From Calcarisporiella thermophila CBS 279.70 (Eukaryota; Fungi; Calcarisporiellomycota): a stretch of DNA of 64,000 nucleotides. Below, in pieces: positions 1 to 12,677 of the stretch (position 1 is its first letter; every line of letters starts with the position of its first letter). Where the stretch lies: contig NW_027192221.1 in NCBI RefSeq assembly GCF_041956535.1, positions 85,271 to 149,270 of the forward strand, written 5' to 3'. The notes under the pieces were generated by a model. It was not told where the DNA came from. It saw only the letters and a program-made list of their open reading frames with translations, and ran no database searches. The translations under genes and the position numbers were made by a program.

Positions 1-350
1 AAGCAAAAAAGTGAATTTCCATTTTACGCATTCTTTGGAATTCTGTACAAAAAATTAGTTCGAATTTGCGTCCTTTCTATGTAATTGTTATGGAATTGTG
101 AAGCTTAAAACAATTTCGACAAAATAATTCGGCAATATAGAAAAAATAATACTTTAAAGAGAGAAACATAAGCTGTTGCTTATAAAATTCAAAAATTCTT
201 TAATGACCATAAAGAAATACAAGGATTAAAGAGCGGCTAAGGCAAAAATACCGAGTAAATTCGATCAACGGTTATCAAATAGATAAACGCGGCAATTTGA
301 AATATAGAAAAATCTTAAATAAACTAATAAATCAATGTTATTTTTTTTCC

Positions 351-2222
351 CTAATAGCGGTTAATATCAAATCGCGTGCAGCACTTTTCATACTTGGGAG
401 GTATCCGCGCCTTTGTGGCTTGTTCGAAAGCATATGCAACCTGTAATAGAGTATCTTCACGCAATGATCCGCTGACGAAGGCAAGCCCAAAAGGCAACCC
501 ATCCTTGTCAAGAGCAAGTGGTACGCTAATAACAGGGTATCCCGCCACTGCCGATGGTTTCGGGAATGGAATGGGACGTATTTCTCCTTTCGGCCCAAAT
601 CCTGAAGTCGGCAGAACAAGCACGTCAACTCCATATTTGTTCATCAATGTGTCGATTCCATTCTCTCCATCGCGAAACCTTTTGTGTCCACTAGCGAGCG
701 CAGATTGATACTTTGGGTCCTCTATTCCTGTGGAGTTTTGGGCCAATACAAAAAGCTCCTGTCCAAACAACAGCATCTCTTTATCTTTGTGCTCTTCATT
801 AAATGCAATTAAATCCGCGAGAGTATTGACAGGTGTCAGCTCGAGCTCCGAGAGATACTTGTTCAGGTAATGCTTGAACTCAGAGACGGCAACGATTATT
901 TCCGAATTATTTGGATCATTCCAAAATGTAGTTTTGTTGGCATAGAGATCAGCCAACTCTAGATCAGAAACTATATTGACCGGATCGAGAACAATGCCGC
1001 CCAACTCCTTCAGTTTAACGATTGCCCCCTCGAATATAGGTAATTCATCGCCCAGGGCAATCTTATCCCAGAACAAATTACGTGGAACTCCTATCTTGAT
1101 GCCATGCAGATCTTTCTTGAGGAATTTAGTGTAATCTAGAAGACTTTTGTCCTTGACCAGCACAGTTGCCGGATCACGCTCGTCATACCCTGATATCACG
1201 CTCAGTATGAGAGCTGTATCTTCTACTGTGCGCGTCATAGGTCCAATGGAATCTAGAGAGTAGGCTACAGGAATGACTCCATCACGCGAGGTTAGACCAA
1301 GGGTAGGTTTAAATCCCACTATGTAGCTCCTTGCAGCTGGGTAAGTGATTGAGCCATCAGTATCAGTGCCGATCGCTGCAGCGGCAAGATTAGCTGCGAC
1401 AGAAGTAGCACATCCCGAACTGGAGCCTGAAGGAGATGCGCTCAAAACATATGGGCTAACACATTGACCTCCACGTGCACTCCAGCCATCTCTAGACTGG
1501 GTGGAACGAAAGCTATGTGAGAAGAGCAATAAAAAATAAATATGATGCAACATATAGTACCCCCAGGGAAATTTGCGTTACTTTGCCCATTCGGTAAGGT
1601 TGGTTTTCCCAAGAATAATGACACCTGCTTCACGTAGTTTATTAATGATAAATGCATCACGAGGTACTTTGGAGCCCAGCAGAGCAAAGGATCCAGCAGC
1701 TATATGCAACAATAAGTCAGGTATATTTCCATACAAATAACACAATAAACCAAAATTACTTGTGTTCATGGAGTCTCTGGTTGCGATATTGTCTTTAACC
1801 AAAACTTTCAACAATAGTGGTTGTAATTCACGGCATCAATATGCTACACATGGTTGAAATTTCCACCTACTTGGGATTCCATGCAGTGGTCCTCTAAGCC
1901 CCTTTTGCTCTCTTTCCTTATCCAATTGTTCGGCAATGTTCAGTGCATCCGCATTTACCTCGATAACTGAATGCAAATAAGGATCAATTGTTTCAATACG
2001 TTTAATGTAACACTCTGTCAATTGTTTCGCGGTGAGCTTTTTGTTGTTAAAAGCGTCCTGAAGAGCAAGTATATTTGTCTCTATGATGTTGATACCGCTG
2101 CAGGTGCCAAGATCTTGGTCAAGTTTGAAGATGTCGGTATCCCTGGTAGTTGCTAAAGGGGAGCCATAATAAGGGGCGAAGAAAGCAGTGCTAATATATG
2201 CTAAATAAAGTATTTTAACCAT
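351..2222 (-). CDS. Amidase signature family protein, probably secreted; 4 exons
   Basis: GT-AG introns at 1805-1870, 1700-1759 and 1513-1581 rebuild GPLHGIPILVKDNI, MNTTAGSFAL and GKTNLTEWANFRS. GSSSG and GTDTDGSI complete the Lys/Ser/Ser triad. Hydrophobic N-terminus. Confidence 0.92.
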
Positions 2223-2364
2223 GTTGATTCCAACGGTGATGACTAAGGGAAGTAGAGAGAAAAAAGAGGAAAGGCGATGGTATCAGAAAGGCTAAGTTTG
2301 GAGAAAAAGGTTTTATAGAATATACAAAAGAACGCCCAGAAAAGAATATTCTTCAAAACCAGCC

Positions 2365-3073
2365 CCCTACAAAAAACCCGCCTGGTGAAAACTGCTAGAA
2401 AGCGAATAGGAGCATGTAGAAAAGATGGAAGAGGTTCGCGATTCCCTAAATTTTTACAAACTTTTCACCCATTTTTCACGATATTAATAATGGGAGAGGA
2501 GTNNNNNNNNNNNNNNNNNNNNNNNNNNNNNNNNNNNNNNNNNNNNNNNNNNNNNNNNNNNNNNNNNNNNNNNNNNNNNNNNNNNNNNNNNNNNNNNNNN
2601 NNNNNNNNNNNNNNNNNNNNNNNNNNNNNNNNNNNNNNNNNNNNNNNNNNNNNNNNNNNNNNNNNNNNNNNNNNNNNNNNNNNNNNNNNNNNNNNNNNNN
2701 NNNNNNNNNNNNNNNNNNNNNNNNNNNNNNNNNNNNNNNNNNNNNNNNNNNNNNNNNNNNNNNNNNNNNNNNNNNNNNNNNNNNNNNNNNNNNNNNNNNN
2801 NNNNNNNNNNNNNNNNNNNNNNNNNNNNNNNNNNNNNNNNNNNNNNNNNNNNNNNNNNNNNNNNNNNNNNNNNNNNNNNNNNNNNNNNNNNNNNNNNNNN
2901 NNNNNNNNNNNNNNNNNNNNNNNNNNNNNNNNNNNNNNNNNNNNNNNNNNNNNNNNNNNNNNNNNNNNNNNNNNNNNNNNNNNNNNNNNNNNNNNNNNNN
3001 NNNNNNNNNNNNNNNNNNNNACATGCTCCTATACATTTTCTAGCAGTTTTCACCAGACGGGTTTTTTGTAGGG
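2365..3073. mobile_element. TIR DNA transposon or MITE with CACTA/CMC-like termini; interior hidden by an assembly gap
   Basis: 2365-2417 (ccctacaaaaaacccgcctggtgaaaactgctagaaagcgaataggagcatgt) is the reverse complement of 3021-3073 with 4 mismatches. AGC flanks both sides (2361-2363 and 3074-3076), with one extra C on the left. Confidence 0.75.
2503..3020. other. Assembly gap (run of N)
   Basis: Seen directly. Confidence 1.
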
Positions 3074-3991
3074 AGCAAGTAAGGATATTTATTAGATGGT
3101 TTAGTGAAACAACTTTAAAACTGTCATTAGTATCTCTAGAGGTTATCTTTGAGCATTACTTGGGGAAATAATCGATATTGAAACGAATATGCATGTATTC
3201 ATTTAATTCCTTTATTCTCTGTATATTGGCTAGGCTAGAGGTTAAAAGTCTCGAACATTCATTCATTGGATTACTTACATGATTTGTTACACAGTAACCC
3301 AATATTAACGAATTTTCTGGAAATCTTGACCAGATACATGCCTCCTCATACTTACGCTTTTTTGAATATGTTAGGACAATTGATTTTTTATTCTTCTATC
3401 GCTATTACTTGTACTTGTGCTTTTCTTTTTAAACTATGCTCTCGTTACAGTTGGTGGCAATCCTAGCCACATTAATATTTCCATTTACCTAGCGCATCGG
3501 ATTTTCCCTAATTTTAAGTACACCATGTCACAGTAATCTGGCTGCTCAGTTATCTAGATACCAGGAAATCATACAACTTGATTTTAAGAGTGTTATATGA
3601 TGTGTTTTGGATCTAGACCAAGTAAAAGAAAATGTATATGCTATTATTGTGCTGCAAAAAGAGAGGATAGTTAAATGTTTTTGAAATAACACTCTATATT
3701 ATAATTTCGACTCTATAGCAATAAAAGCCCATGTCGTTCTCAATCATATTTTGTTTTTTCTTCCGAAGTATAAAAATTACCATGCGCTCTAAGTTTTGGA
3801 CTTTAGCTTTCTCGAAACCTCTCTAAATATCCAAGAAACTGTCACATCCAAGCCGCCAATTAAACGTAAAATTCGTTCGAAAATTGAAAGCTCAAAATGG
3901 GAGCTTTTTGTTAACCTCAACCTGTATACGATCTTCATTTAATTTAGTATTTTTTTTTCCTCATCTCAAATAAATCCTAGATACTTAGAAG

Positions 3992-6863
3992 ATGCTGGGC
4001 ACACGCCCAAATTCCTCCAACCAGCGCCGGTCGCCGGTACGACCTATATCCGCCCCGCAACCAGCTCCTATACAACCCCGTGTCCTTGTTGTTCCAGCCG
4101 TGATGCCAACCATCCGCCTCCCTGCACGCTCAGATGCTATCATCTGTGACCCAATTAAGAAGCGGTATATATTAAGGGAATCGGAATTAAATGCTAGAGA
4201 GGAAGTGGGTCATCCTTTCCTTAAATTACAGTGATATTTGTTTTTTTATTTACTTGTTCAAAATAATATAGTCAAAGATGAGGTTACCCGATACACAATC
4301 GCGTACGATGTTCCCCAGTTTTCGTTGGAAAGATAAACACGACATGGTTGTTAATTTTCCACAATACTCTATGGATAAAAAACATACCTTCGATGAAGAT
4401 GAGATGAAATCAAGTGATGAAGTAAGACTTGATTGCAATTCATAGCCCATTTGATATTCATTACTAAATATTGTAAATCTAGGAAAGTGACATTTGTGTA
4501 AAGCTGCCTAGCGATAGAGCTGCAGGCATTACTGAAGATGAGAGCGAAGATGAGGATTTCACGGATGAGGAGGAGGAATGTTCATCTAATACCACAGCTC
4601 CATTGCAGGCCACTGATGAACCCTCTGATGATGATAATCGTCAGGATAAACGAGTAACCTTTGAGGAGGCTCCACGACGCGGAGGTGATAAGAGACAGAG
4701 TTCATTGAATGTCTTTGCGCACGAGTTTACTCCTGCATCTAATAATGAAAGTGGCATAAAACGAGAGGAAAATAATAGGATTGTGAGTATTTATGTCCAG
4801 ATACTCCAACTTATTTCGAACCTTATTTAATTTACCTTCAATCATGGACTTAGACTGCGAAGCCAGTTGTTCAGGCAAGGTCAGCCCACCCTGGCATGCA
4901 CTACAAGGACTGGGTGCAACCCACGCACATTCCTGCAATGGATGTCTCCCTCTGGCAAGACTTTCAGGATAAGATAGTACAGCACCTTGGCGAACGCGTT
5001 GAGACGGAAATCGAACGTCGATTCAAAGGCCATATTGCTAAACTCTCCGTCGAGAATCGCATTGCTCGTCCCGACCCAAAGCTCGAAGAGGAACTCGACA
5101 ATCTACGCCGTAAGCAAATGAAGGCAGAGATCGAAGCCAGTCAGTTCAAGGTTCGAGCGGCGGAGCTAGAAGCCCAGGTGCGTGAGCTCGAACGTGTTAA
5201 AACTCGGAATGCGGAGCTAGAAGCACGCTTGACGGATTCACAAACTGCGCCAGAGATTCATGAGGAATTGGCGCGTTTGCGCATGAAGAATCAGGATCTA
5301 TCGCGTGATAGAGACAAAATCGACCAGTTGATAGCGCGAAACTTGTATCTTGAGATTGAGGTTGAGCAAGCGCAAGCAGAGGTCAGTAAGCAATCGCAAA
5401 AGATGGCCAACGTCGAATCAGAGCTTTCTGCCGCAAAAGCAGAGACCTCAAATCTGCGCGCACGGAATGAGCAGTTGGAAAATGAGATGGATGGTAGACT
5501 CGGCGAAATCGATCAGCTGATGAAGCGGATCGAGAAACAAGAAAACGAAAAGCGCAATTTAGAGGAGGAGCAAGCCCAACTCGCCCGAAAGAATGGCCAA
5601 CTTGAGGCCCAACTCTCTGCCCGCCAGGCAGAAGCCGAGGAACTAACATCGAGGTACCGTTTGCTTGAGAGTGAAATGACCGGAAAGCATGGCGACATCA
5701 CTCAACTTCGGATTCGAAACCACGAGCTTGAGAGTGAAAAGCGCACGATGGCGCAGGAGCTTGGCCATGCCAATCAAGAGCTCGAGGCGAAGAAGATTAA
5801 ACTTGACGAACTCTGGGCACGATGCCAGTCGCTCGAAGAGCAACTTAAGGATATGGAACATATTCGCGTCCGAAGCGAGAGCTGGCGAAGTGACAAAGCT
5901 AAACTCGAAGAACTTGAAGAGCTTTGCCATGACCTGGAGCGGCGTAATGCCCAGCTTGCTCAACAGGCTCGTGAGGATCGTGCATCGGCGGAGGAGGCGT
6001 ATGGCATGTATCGCGAAGCGGAGCGCAAAAACAAAGCACTTCTAGAGAATGAGACTCATTTGGAGCGCGCCTATGCACAACTCATGGGTCGTGAGCAGGA
6101 GTTCCGTGACCGTGCTGAAGAGCTGCAGGAGGAGAACAACCGTTTACAGCAGTTGGTCGAAGAAAGGCAGGCACAACTTGAGGAGGTGGTGCACCATTTC
6201 ACTGAGTTACAGCACACAGAAGAGGAAACTCGCATGCAGTGGGAACAGGCTGCTGAGGAATACGAAGAGCTCTTGGAAAGATTCCGAAATATGGAACGGG
6301 AAAATGCCACCCTTCGCTCGAGCTTAGCATCTCTGGTGGACGCGGCAGCCAGATCTCACCCGCCCTATCATGGTCATGGAGAGAAAGAAGAAGAAGGAGT
6401 GGTGATAGAAGAGGACAAACGAGGTGGAATGGAGGTACTGCAGGAGATGAACGAGGGCCATCACGCTGAGACTGCCGCATCACTAGAGCCCGAGGATATA
6501 CCGAGCCGAATCTCCGCCCCAAAAGCGAATGGTACAACAATCAATGCAAACAGGCGCGCCTCCGTTTCAAGTAATGGCACCATTCATTCGCGTCGAAGAT
6601 CGAGCAGCTTATTGAGTGCAAATAAGGAGCGAAAGCACAGTAACCAGCGCATCAGCTTTGATGCCTCACAGCACACATTAGAGCCATCTCAGGGGAAAAC
6701 TAGTAAATCCAGCAAACGACTTTCGGCTGGGTCTGCGCGATCCGCACGTTCGGACGACAACAGCCGTGCCTTTTCCCCTGCTACCTCAAATGGAAGCAAA
6801 GATAACCCATGGGCCCAGAGGACCAATGGCGAATTGGCGAACAACGCATGGTGGAAAGAGTAG
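3992..6863 (+). CDS. Large coiled-coil protein with a PAM2 motif and C-terminal AWW (Upa2-like architecture); 4 exons
   Basis: Phase-0 GT-AG introns at 4205-4271, 4422-4482 and 4783-4853 join ORFs 3992, 4603 and 4896 in frame. SSLNVFAHEFTP matches the PAM2 consensus. About 430 aa of heptad-rich E/Q/R/L sequence. Ends NNAWWKE. Confidence 0.8.
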
Positions 6864-7755
6864 GCTTCTCTCTCATTTCTGTACTTATCATTTTGTATCT
6901 TTCTCCTCTGACTATTCTTTTAAATACTCAATTCTATTTTTTTTACCCCTTTATTGTAATCTATCATTACAAAATTTTCTTCTCTCTGAGCACACCCTCA
7001 TAATATAACAAAGTATTTTTTATATATAACATATATATACAAATATATTCATCGTTATCCCACTTTCCTTTCCACTGGCTTCTTTTTTCTTTCTCTTTTT
7101 TGTTTTGGTTCTTTTCAACACAATCTGCAATCCGGTTTTATTACTTCTAGCTCTTTGTCGATCCATTACCTTCGTTTCATTGTGATTTATATCTTTTATC
7201 GTCTTTATCCAAACATTAAAAATATTCATCTATTCTAAAAAAAACCGCCATGTGCAATATTCCCATAGATTCTCAAGTTGTGCAAAGATGCGCCGCAACT
7301 AAGCCCACCGTCCTTCACAATGGAGCAAAATGCTTAGGCTGTAAGAGGGGTGCACATGCCTTTTGATATATTTTGGCTCTTATCGGCAACAAGGTTTTTC
7401 GAGATAATGATGTCATATTTGCAATGAATTTTTCGGCTCGGGCGAATTTCACAGCAAGCGCAAGGTTCACTTAAGGAGCGAGCAGAGGCAGCTGGTTGAG
7501 AATCAATTAAAGGGGAATAGCGGAATGCATTGTTTTTAGCTACGCAAGAGCGTAGACGATCGACAGTCAGTTAGCTTCTATCAAACTTAAATGAACGTAT
7601 CCATAATCGTAACATGACTTGCATTGACTTTGGGCAGTCACTTGTTGCATATGAAGAGTGTTTAAATCCCCGCGACATATGATTTGGTTACAGAAATACT
7701 TAAATCTTCTCTTTTCTTTAGGGCAAAGAGAAGGATTTAACTCTGCGATTCGGCA

Positions 7756-10700
7756 ATGCTTATGTCATGTCAACTAGTGATAGTTTGGTTGTTGATTACA
7801 ACTGTCCATTCCGCTCCCGTGTTCAATCAAGGTTCATTCTTCATCTTATTATGGTTGAAATTGTACATTAAACGATTTATTCATCTAACTAGTCAATTCG
7901 GTGGACTTGTTCGGGAATACTTGCCCCCTCCCTACCAAATTCGATTCGCAATGCCCTCTACTTTGTGTGGCGAGTCTTGACCAATGTCCCACGATCATAA
8001 GACCCACTTGCTCTACTGGTGACATTCACTGTGGAGATGGCATCTGTCGACCAGCCAATTCCTGCCCTAACATAAACCCTTGCTCTTGCGGACTTAACCC
8101 ACCTACCAATTTGTACCCTTGTCTGACTAATTATACGGTACACATTCAAAGTTTCGATAAAGCAGGGAATCTCGAAGCGCAGACCAAACAAGCTTGTGCT
8201 GCCTATCTGGGTGTGGGGAATCTTACGAGTGGATATGAAGGCGGGAATATCATGTGGCTCCAATGCCCTAAGAGCAAGATCAACCCTCCCACCTGGGTCG
8301 AGCCACAGTGGGTGACTGTATGGTGTTTGCTAGGATTCGAGATACTCTTGTCAATACTTTGGTGGGCTTATAAGAAAATTCGGGAGAGAAATATCCCTGT
8401 AAGTTCTGCTCTGAGTGAAAGTAAGCGGAACCAGAGTGAGCCCGAGGAAAATTCCGAGAAACAGGTCAAAGACGAGAAAGGGCAGAGCCGAGGTGATACT
8501 GCGTTGGATAGCTCTGATGCAGGGAGCCTTGGTCCCCAGGAACATATTTCTCTCAAAGGATATCGCGGCGATTGGTTTGGTAGATTCGCCCTGGCGAGTA
8601 TTGTCGTTTACACGCTAGGTCTATGGGTATGGCTCGCTGTTATGATCGTGGATTACTATGGGTTCGTAACCGGAAGTCCATGGGGAATATTCGGAGGCGA
8701 CTATGACTCCTCTGTGAGAATGTTCATTGCCGTTTGGTATGTAAGCAGCGCATGTCTTATAATCCTGAACATTGTGCGCAAACGGATAGTAAGTTGGTTC
8801 GCAATCCGGTGTTTACCCGAGCAAGGAGATCGCGTGCAGATCGAGCAAACACGAGTCCCGACTGTGCTGTTGGACGACGAACGGGACACTTGGATCCAAA
8901 AATTCAGGGACTTCGAGGGGAAGATTCGGCGCATGCTTGGATGGGACGTCATCGTTAGCGTGTCGCCCATTGAGTACACAGCACTCGGAACAAAATATTT
9001 TAATTACCAGTGCGTACGCTATGTGTTTAACGAGCAGCTCAACCGCTTCGACCCCTACGAATTCCACCTAGGGTGTGAGAATAAAGAGCTTTTGGATCAA
9101 CGGCACGGTCTTTCGAGCACAGAAGCAAAAGCCCGACATGAACTCATAGGACCTAACTACATTCATGTGTATGTGCCTTCATTTTTAATTGCATTATTCC
9201 AAGAATTTTTCGGTTACTTTTATCTATACCAATTCATGTCCCTGGTAAGCTATGGATTTCATTGCATGATGAAAACATCTACTGACGCTAATCATGGATA
9301 CGTATTAGTTTTTATTTTACTATAATGCCTATTATTCCATTGGCCTCGTGTATGCCGGATTAATCTTGATATCCGCCCTGGTTAAAGTGATCATACGTCT
9401 TGGGAGTGAAAAGCGCATCAAGTCCATGGCGGAACATGTTGATGAATGTTGTGTACGGCGGGACGGGGAGTGGGTGGTGATATCGACTGCAGACCTGGTT
9501 CCAGGCGATGTATTCAAGCTGACACGTGACATGGTCGTGCCATGCGACGCAGTGCTACTCGAAGGGAATGCGATTGTCAACGAGAGTTCCTTAACTGGAG
9601 AACCCTTGCCAGTACGCAAGTTCCCTCTCAAAGAAGATGATGGGAGATACAACCCTGCCTCCTCCAAGGGAAATACTCTTTATGCAGGGACCAGTGTATC
9701 CCAAGTTGTGGAGGAGGAGAAAACAAGCGTGGCCACTGCACTTGTGATGCGCACAGGTACTCAAACAGACAAGGGAAAGCTTGTACACAAAATTCTGTTT
9801 CCGCAACCCATTTCATTTATCTTCGATGAGCAGCTGAAAATCGTGATGCTTATCCTCGCTTGTTGGGGCGGTGTTACCTTCGCCATTGCACTTTATCTGT
9901 TCCGGGCAGCTCGAGCGGGTGCTTGGTTTTACGGGATGTTTACCTTTGTGGAGATCATCAGCCCTCTTTTCCCTGCAGCCTTGGTGGTGGGGCAGTCGGT
10001 AGCAGCGGGCAGGTTGCGAGGCAAGCATATCTACTGTGTGGATTTGCCGAGGATTATAATAGCAGGCAAGGTGCAGATTTTCTGCTTCGATAAAACCGGC
10101 ACGCTTACCAAGGAGGGGCTTGAATTTCACCGAGCTTTACCGATAGAACATGGTGAGAAGAAGCTGCAGGCTAAGGCGGAAAAGGGAGAAGAACCCGAGA
10201 ACACACCTAGTGGCGAGAGTCATGAAGGAACAGTAGCGAAATTCGGCAATCTAGGCGAATTTTCGGAGCTTCCTGGCTTGATTCAGCTGGGAATGGCAAC
10301 CTGCCATGCTGTTGCGATGCTAAACGAACAATTGATCGGAAATCCTGTAGATATTGAGATGTTCCGAGCTACCGAATGGTCACTTCTACCTCACACCGAG
10401 AAGAGTGGATCTCACCTGGATACGGTGGTCAATCCCGTGAACAAAGCTCAAGCGCATGTTGTCAAGCGATTCGAGTTCATGCATGCGCGTGCTTCCATGT
10501 CAGTGGCAGTGCTCGATACTGCGACGAACCATGTGCATATCTTCGTGAAAGGTTCATTCGAGCGAATCAAAGACATATCACACCAGACAAGTGTTCCCCA
10601 GGACTACGATGCCCGAACATCCCAACTTGCTCGCGAGGGATGTTACGTTTTGGCCATGGCACATAAGGATCTTGGCCCTCAGGCTGACCTTAATGCCATT

Positions 10701-12187
10701 CAGGGGTGGACGCGTGACGAGCTGGAGCGAGATGTTGAGCTGATAGGGTTGATTGTTTTCAGAAACAATCTGAAGGAAGATACTCCCTCCGCAATCCGCG
10801 AACTGAACTTGGGAGGTACGCGTACCGTAATGATCACAGGAGACACCGCCTTGACGGGAGTCTACATTGCGAGGCAGTGCAGGATGACCGAGGAGGGAGC
10901 ACGAGTCCTGCTCGGAGACGTTGCGGAGAATGGGGAGGTAGTGTGGACTGACATCGATGACGCCGACAACCGCCCCATAGAGCTACCCAAATCCGAAGAG
11001 GGAGTGGAGTTGGCCGTGACCGGCCGGGCATTTAGACACCTGGTCGAGACGGACCAGATACGCTCACTACTGCTCAATATCCGAGTATTTGCTCGGATGA
11101 CGCCCATTGACAAGGTGACCTGCGTTGAGCTACACATGGAGCGCGGAATCACCGCCATGTGTGGTGATGGAGGCAATGACTGCGGGGCCCTTCGCTCGGC
11201 TCACGTTGGGCTCGCTCTTTCGGAAGCAGAGGCCTCAATAGTTTCGCCATTCTCCACCAATCGACGAACGATATCCTCGTGCTGTGAGCTGCTGAGGCAA
11301 GGAAGAGCAGCGTTAGCCACAAATTTGGCGGCTTACAAGTATTTAATTATGTATGGAGAAACGATGGCGATGATGAAGACCTTTACGTTCTATTTTTCTG
11401 GTACGTTTTCCCGATGCTGGCCTCATTTTCTGAACTAACCGTGTGCGCCTCCTATGGTTTAGTAACTATATCGCAATGGCTCTGGATTCTCGCTGACGCG
11501 TTCATCACGGTCGCTCTTGCTTACGCTATAACGCAATCCCTCCCGGCGAAAACCTTGGCCCCCCGCCGCCCAACCGCAAGGCTTCTGGGACCGGAGACCG
11601 TGACCTCGACGGTGGGCCTTATGGTCATCAACTATAGCTTTCTCATTGGCTCGATGGGGCTTCTCTTCTCCCAGCCCTGGTTCCGCTGCAACGAATGGGA
11701 TTCGTCGCTGGTCGACACTTCCAAGTGGTGGCTTATTGGCGACAATTATGAAGCAGAGGTCATTGGCTTGTCTGTGCTCTTCCAATTCGTCAATAGCGCG
11801 GCGGTCTTTAACTTTGGTCACCTGTTTCGCAGGCAATGGTGGCGCAACTACACACTGGTCATTATCTGGATGGTGTATATCGCCATCGTGTCGTATGTTG
11901 AGTTAGCCGATCCAAATCCATTGGGATGCGCCATGCGGATGAACTGCGGGAATCCTGATGCTGTGGTACGAGAGGGCTATCCGCGCCCGACCTTTTACAT
12001 AGAGCCCTACAACAACCTACTGGGGCATAACATCATGCCTAGAGATTTCAGAATTAAATTATTTTTCCTGTCCGTCAGCAACATGTTGGCGGGCGTGCTT
12101 TTCGAGCGCTTTGTGGTACTTGGGCCGGTGCGCGAGTGGCTGCGCAGCAGGTATTCGGCACGGTCAGCACGGCGTTACAAGTTGTAA
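7756..12187 (+). CDS. P5-type (P5B-like) ATPase with signal peptide and Cys-rich N-terminal ectodomain; 4 exons
   Basis: Introns 7832-7892, 9245-9308 and 11401-11462 join four ORFs in frame. Motifs: DLVPGD, ESSLTGE, CFDKTGTLT, FVKGSFE, MITGD, VFARMTP, MCGDGGNDCGAL, and EASIVSPF (P5-typical). Confidence 0.92.
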
Positions 12188-12677
12188 TTTTAAGGGATGC
12201 TAGACCTTGGCCGCCACGGAACACGGCCATGAGGGGATTGCTTGAGAGCCGATCCATTGGCACTGTAATGTTGATTTCTATATTAATTTATATTATGTGA
12301 TCTCTTCTCTCGTTCGTCCGTTGCCCTGTGGCAATAAGCAAAAACAACAGATTTTTTTCTCAGGTTCGAGGCCCGCTTGTTCCGAATTTTCCATTTAAAT
12401 CCCCTCGCTCCCTTCTCCGTTCCTTATCTTCCCAACTTTCTCTTCTGTTTTTCTCATCGCTTTCCCAACTGTTCTGGCTGGTCCATTACATCTTCTTATT
12501 GGCAGGTCCATACTTTTCTATCTTCTCTATTCAAAAGACGTTTCAGCGCAAGCAGAGCTACGCATCAGTCTTTTATTTTGAAAATCTCCCCTTTGAAGAA
12601 AAGCTGTTTTCTCTTGACGAAAAAACACTTTTCTCCCATTCTTTCCCCCCAAGATATTCTCTATATTTCTAGCGACT

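Noticed and set aside
2385-3071. ORFs of 186-228 aa spanning the gap
   Set aside because: Artefacts of translating N runs; their similar ends are just the two TIRs.
4272-4340. HSP20-like string YTIAYDVPQFSLE in an alternative frame
   Set aside because: Out of frame with the splice phases and ends in a stop; the in-frame exon reads SKMRLPDTQ.
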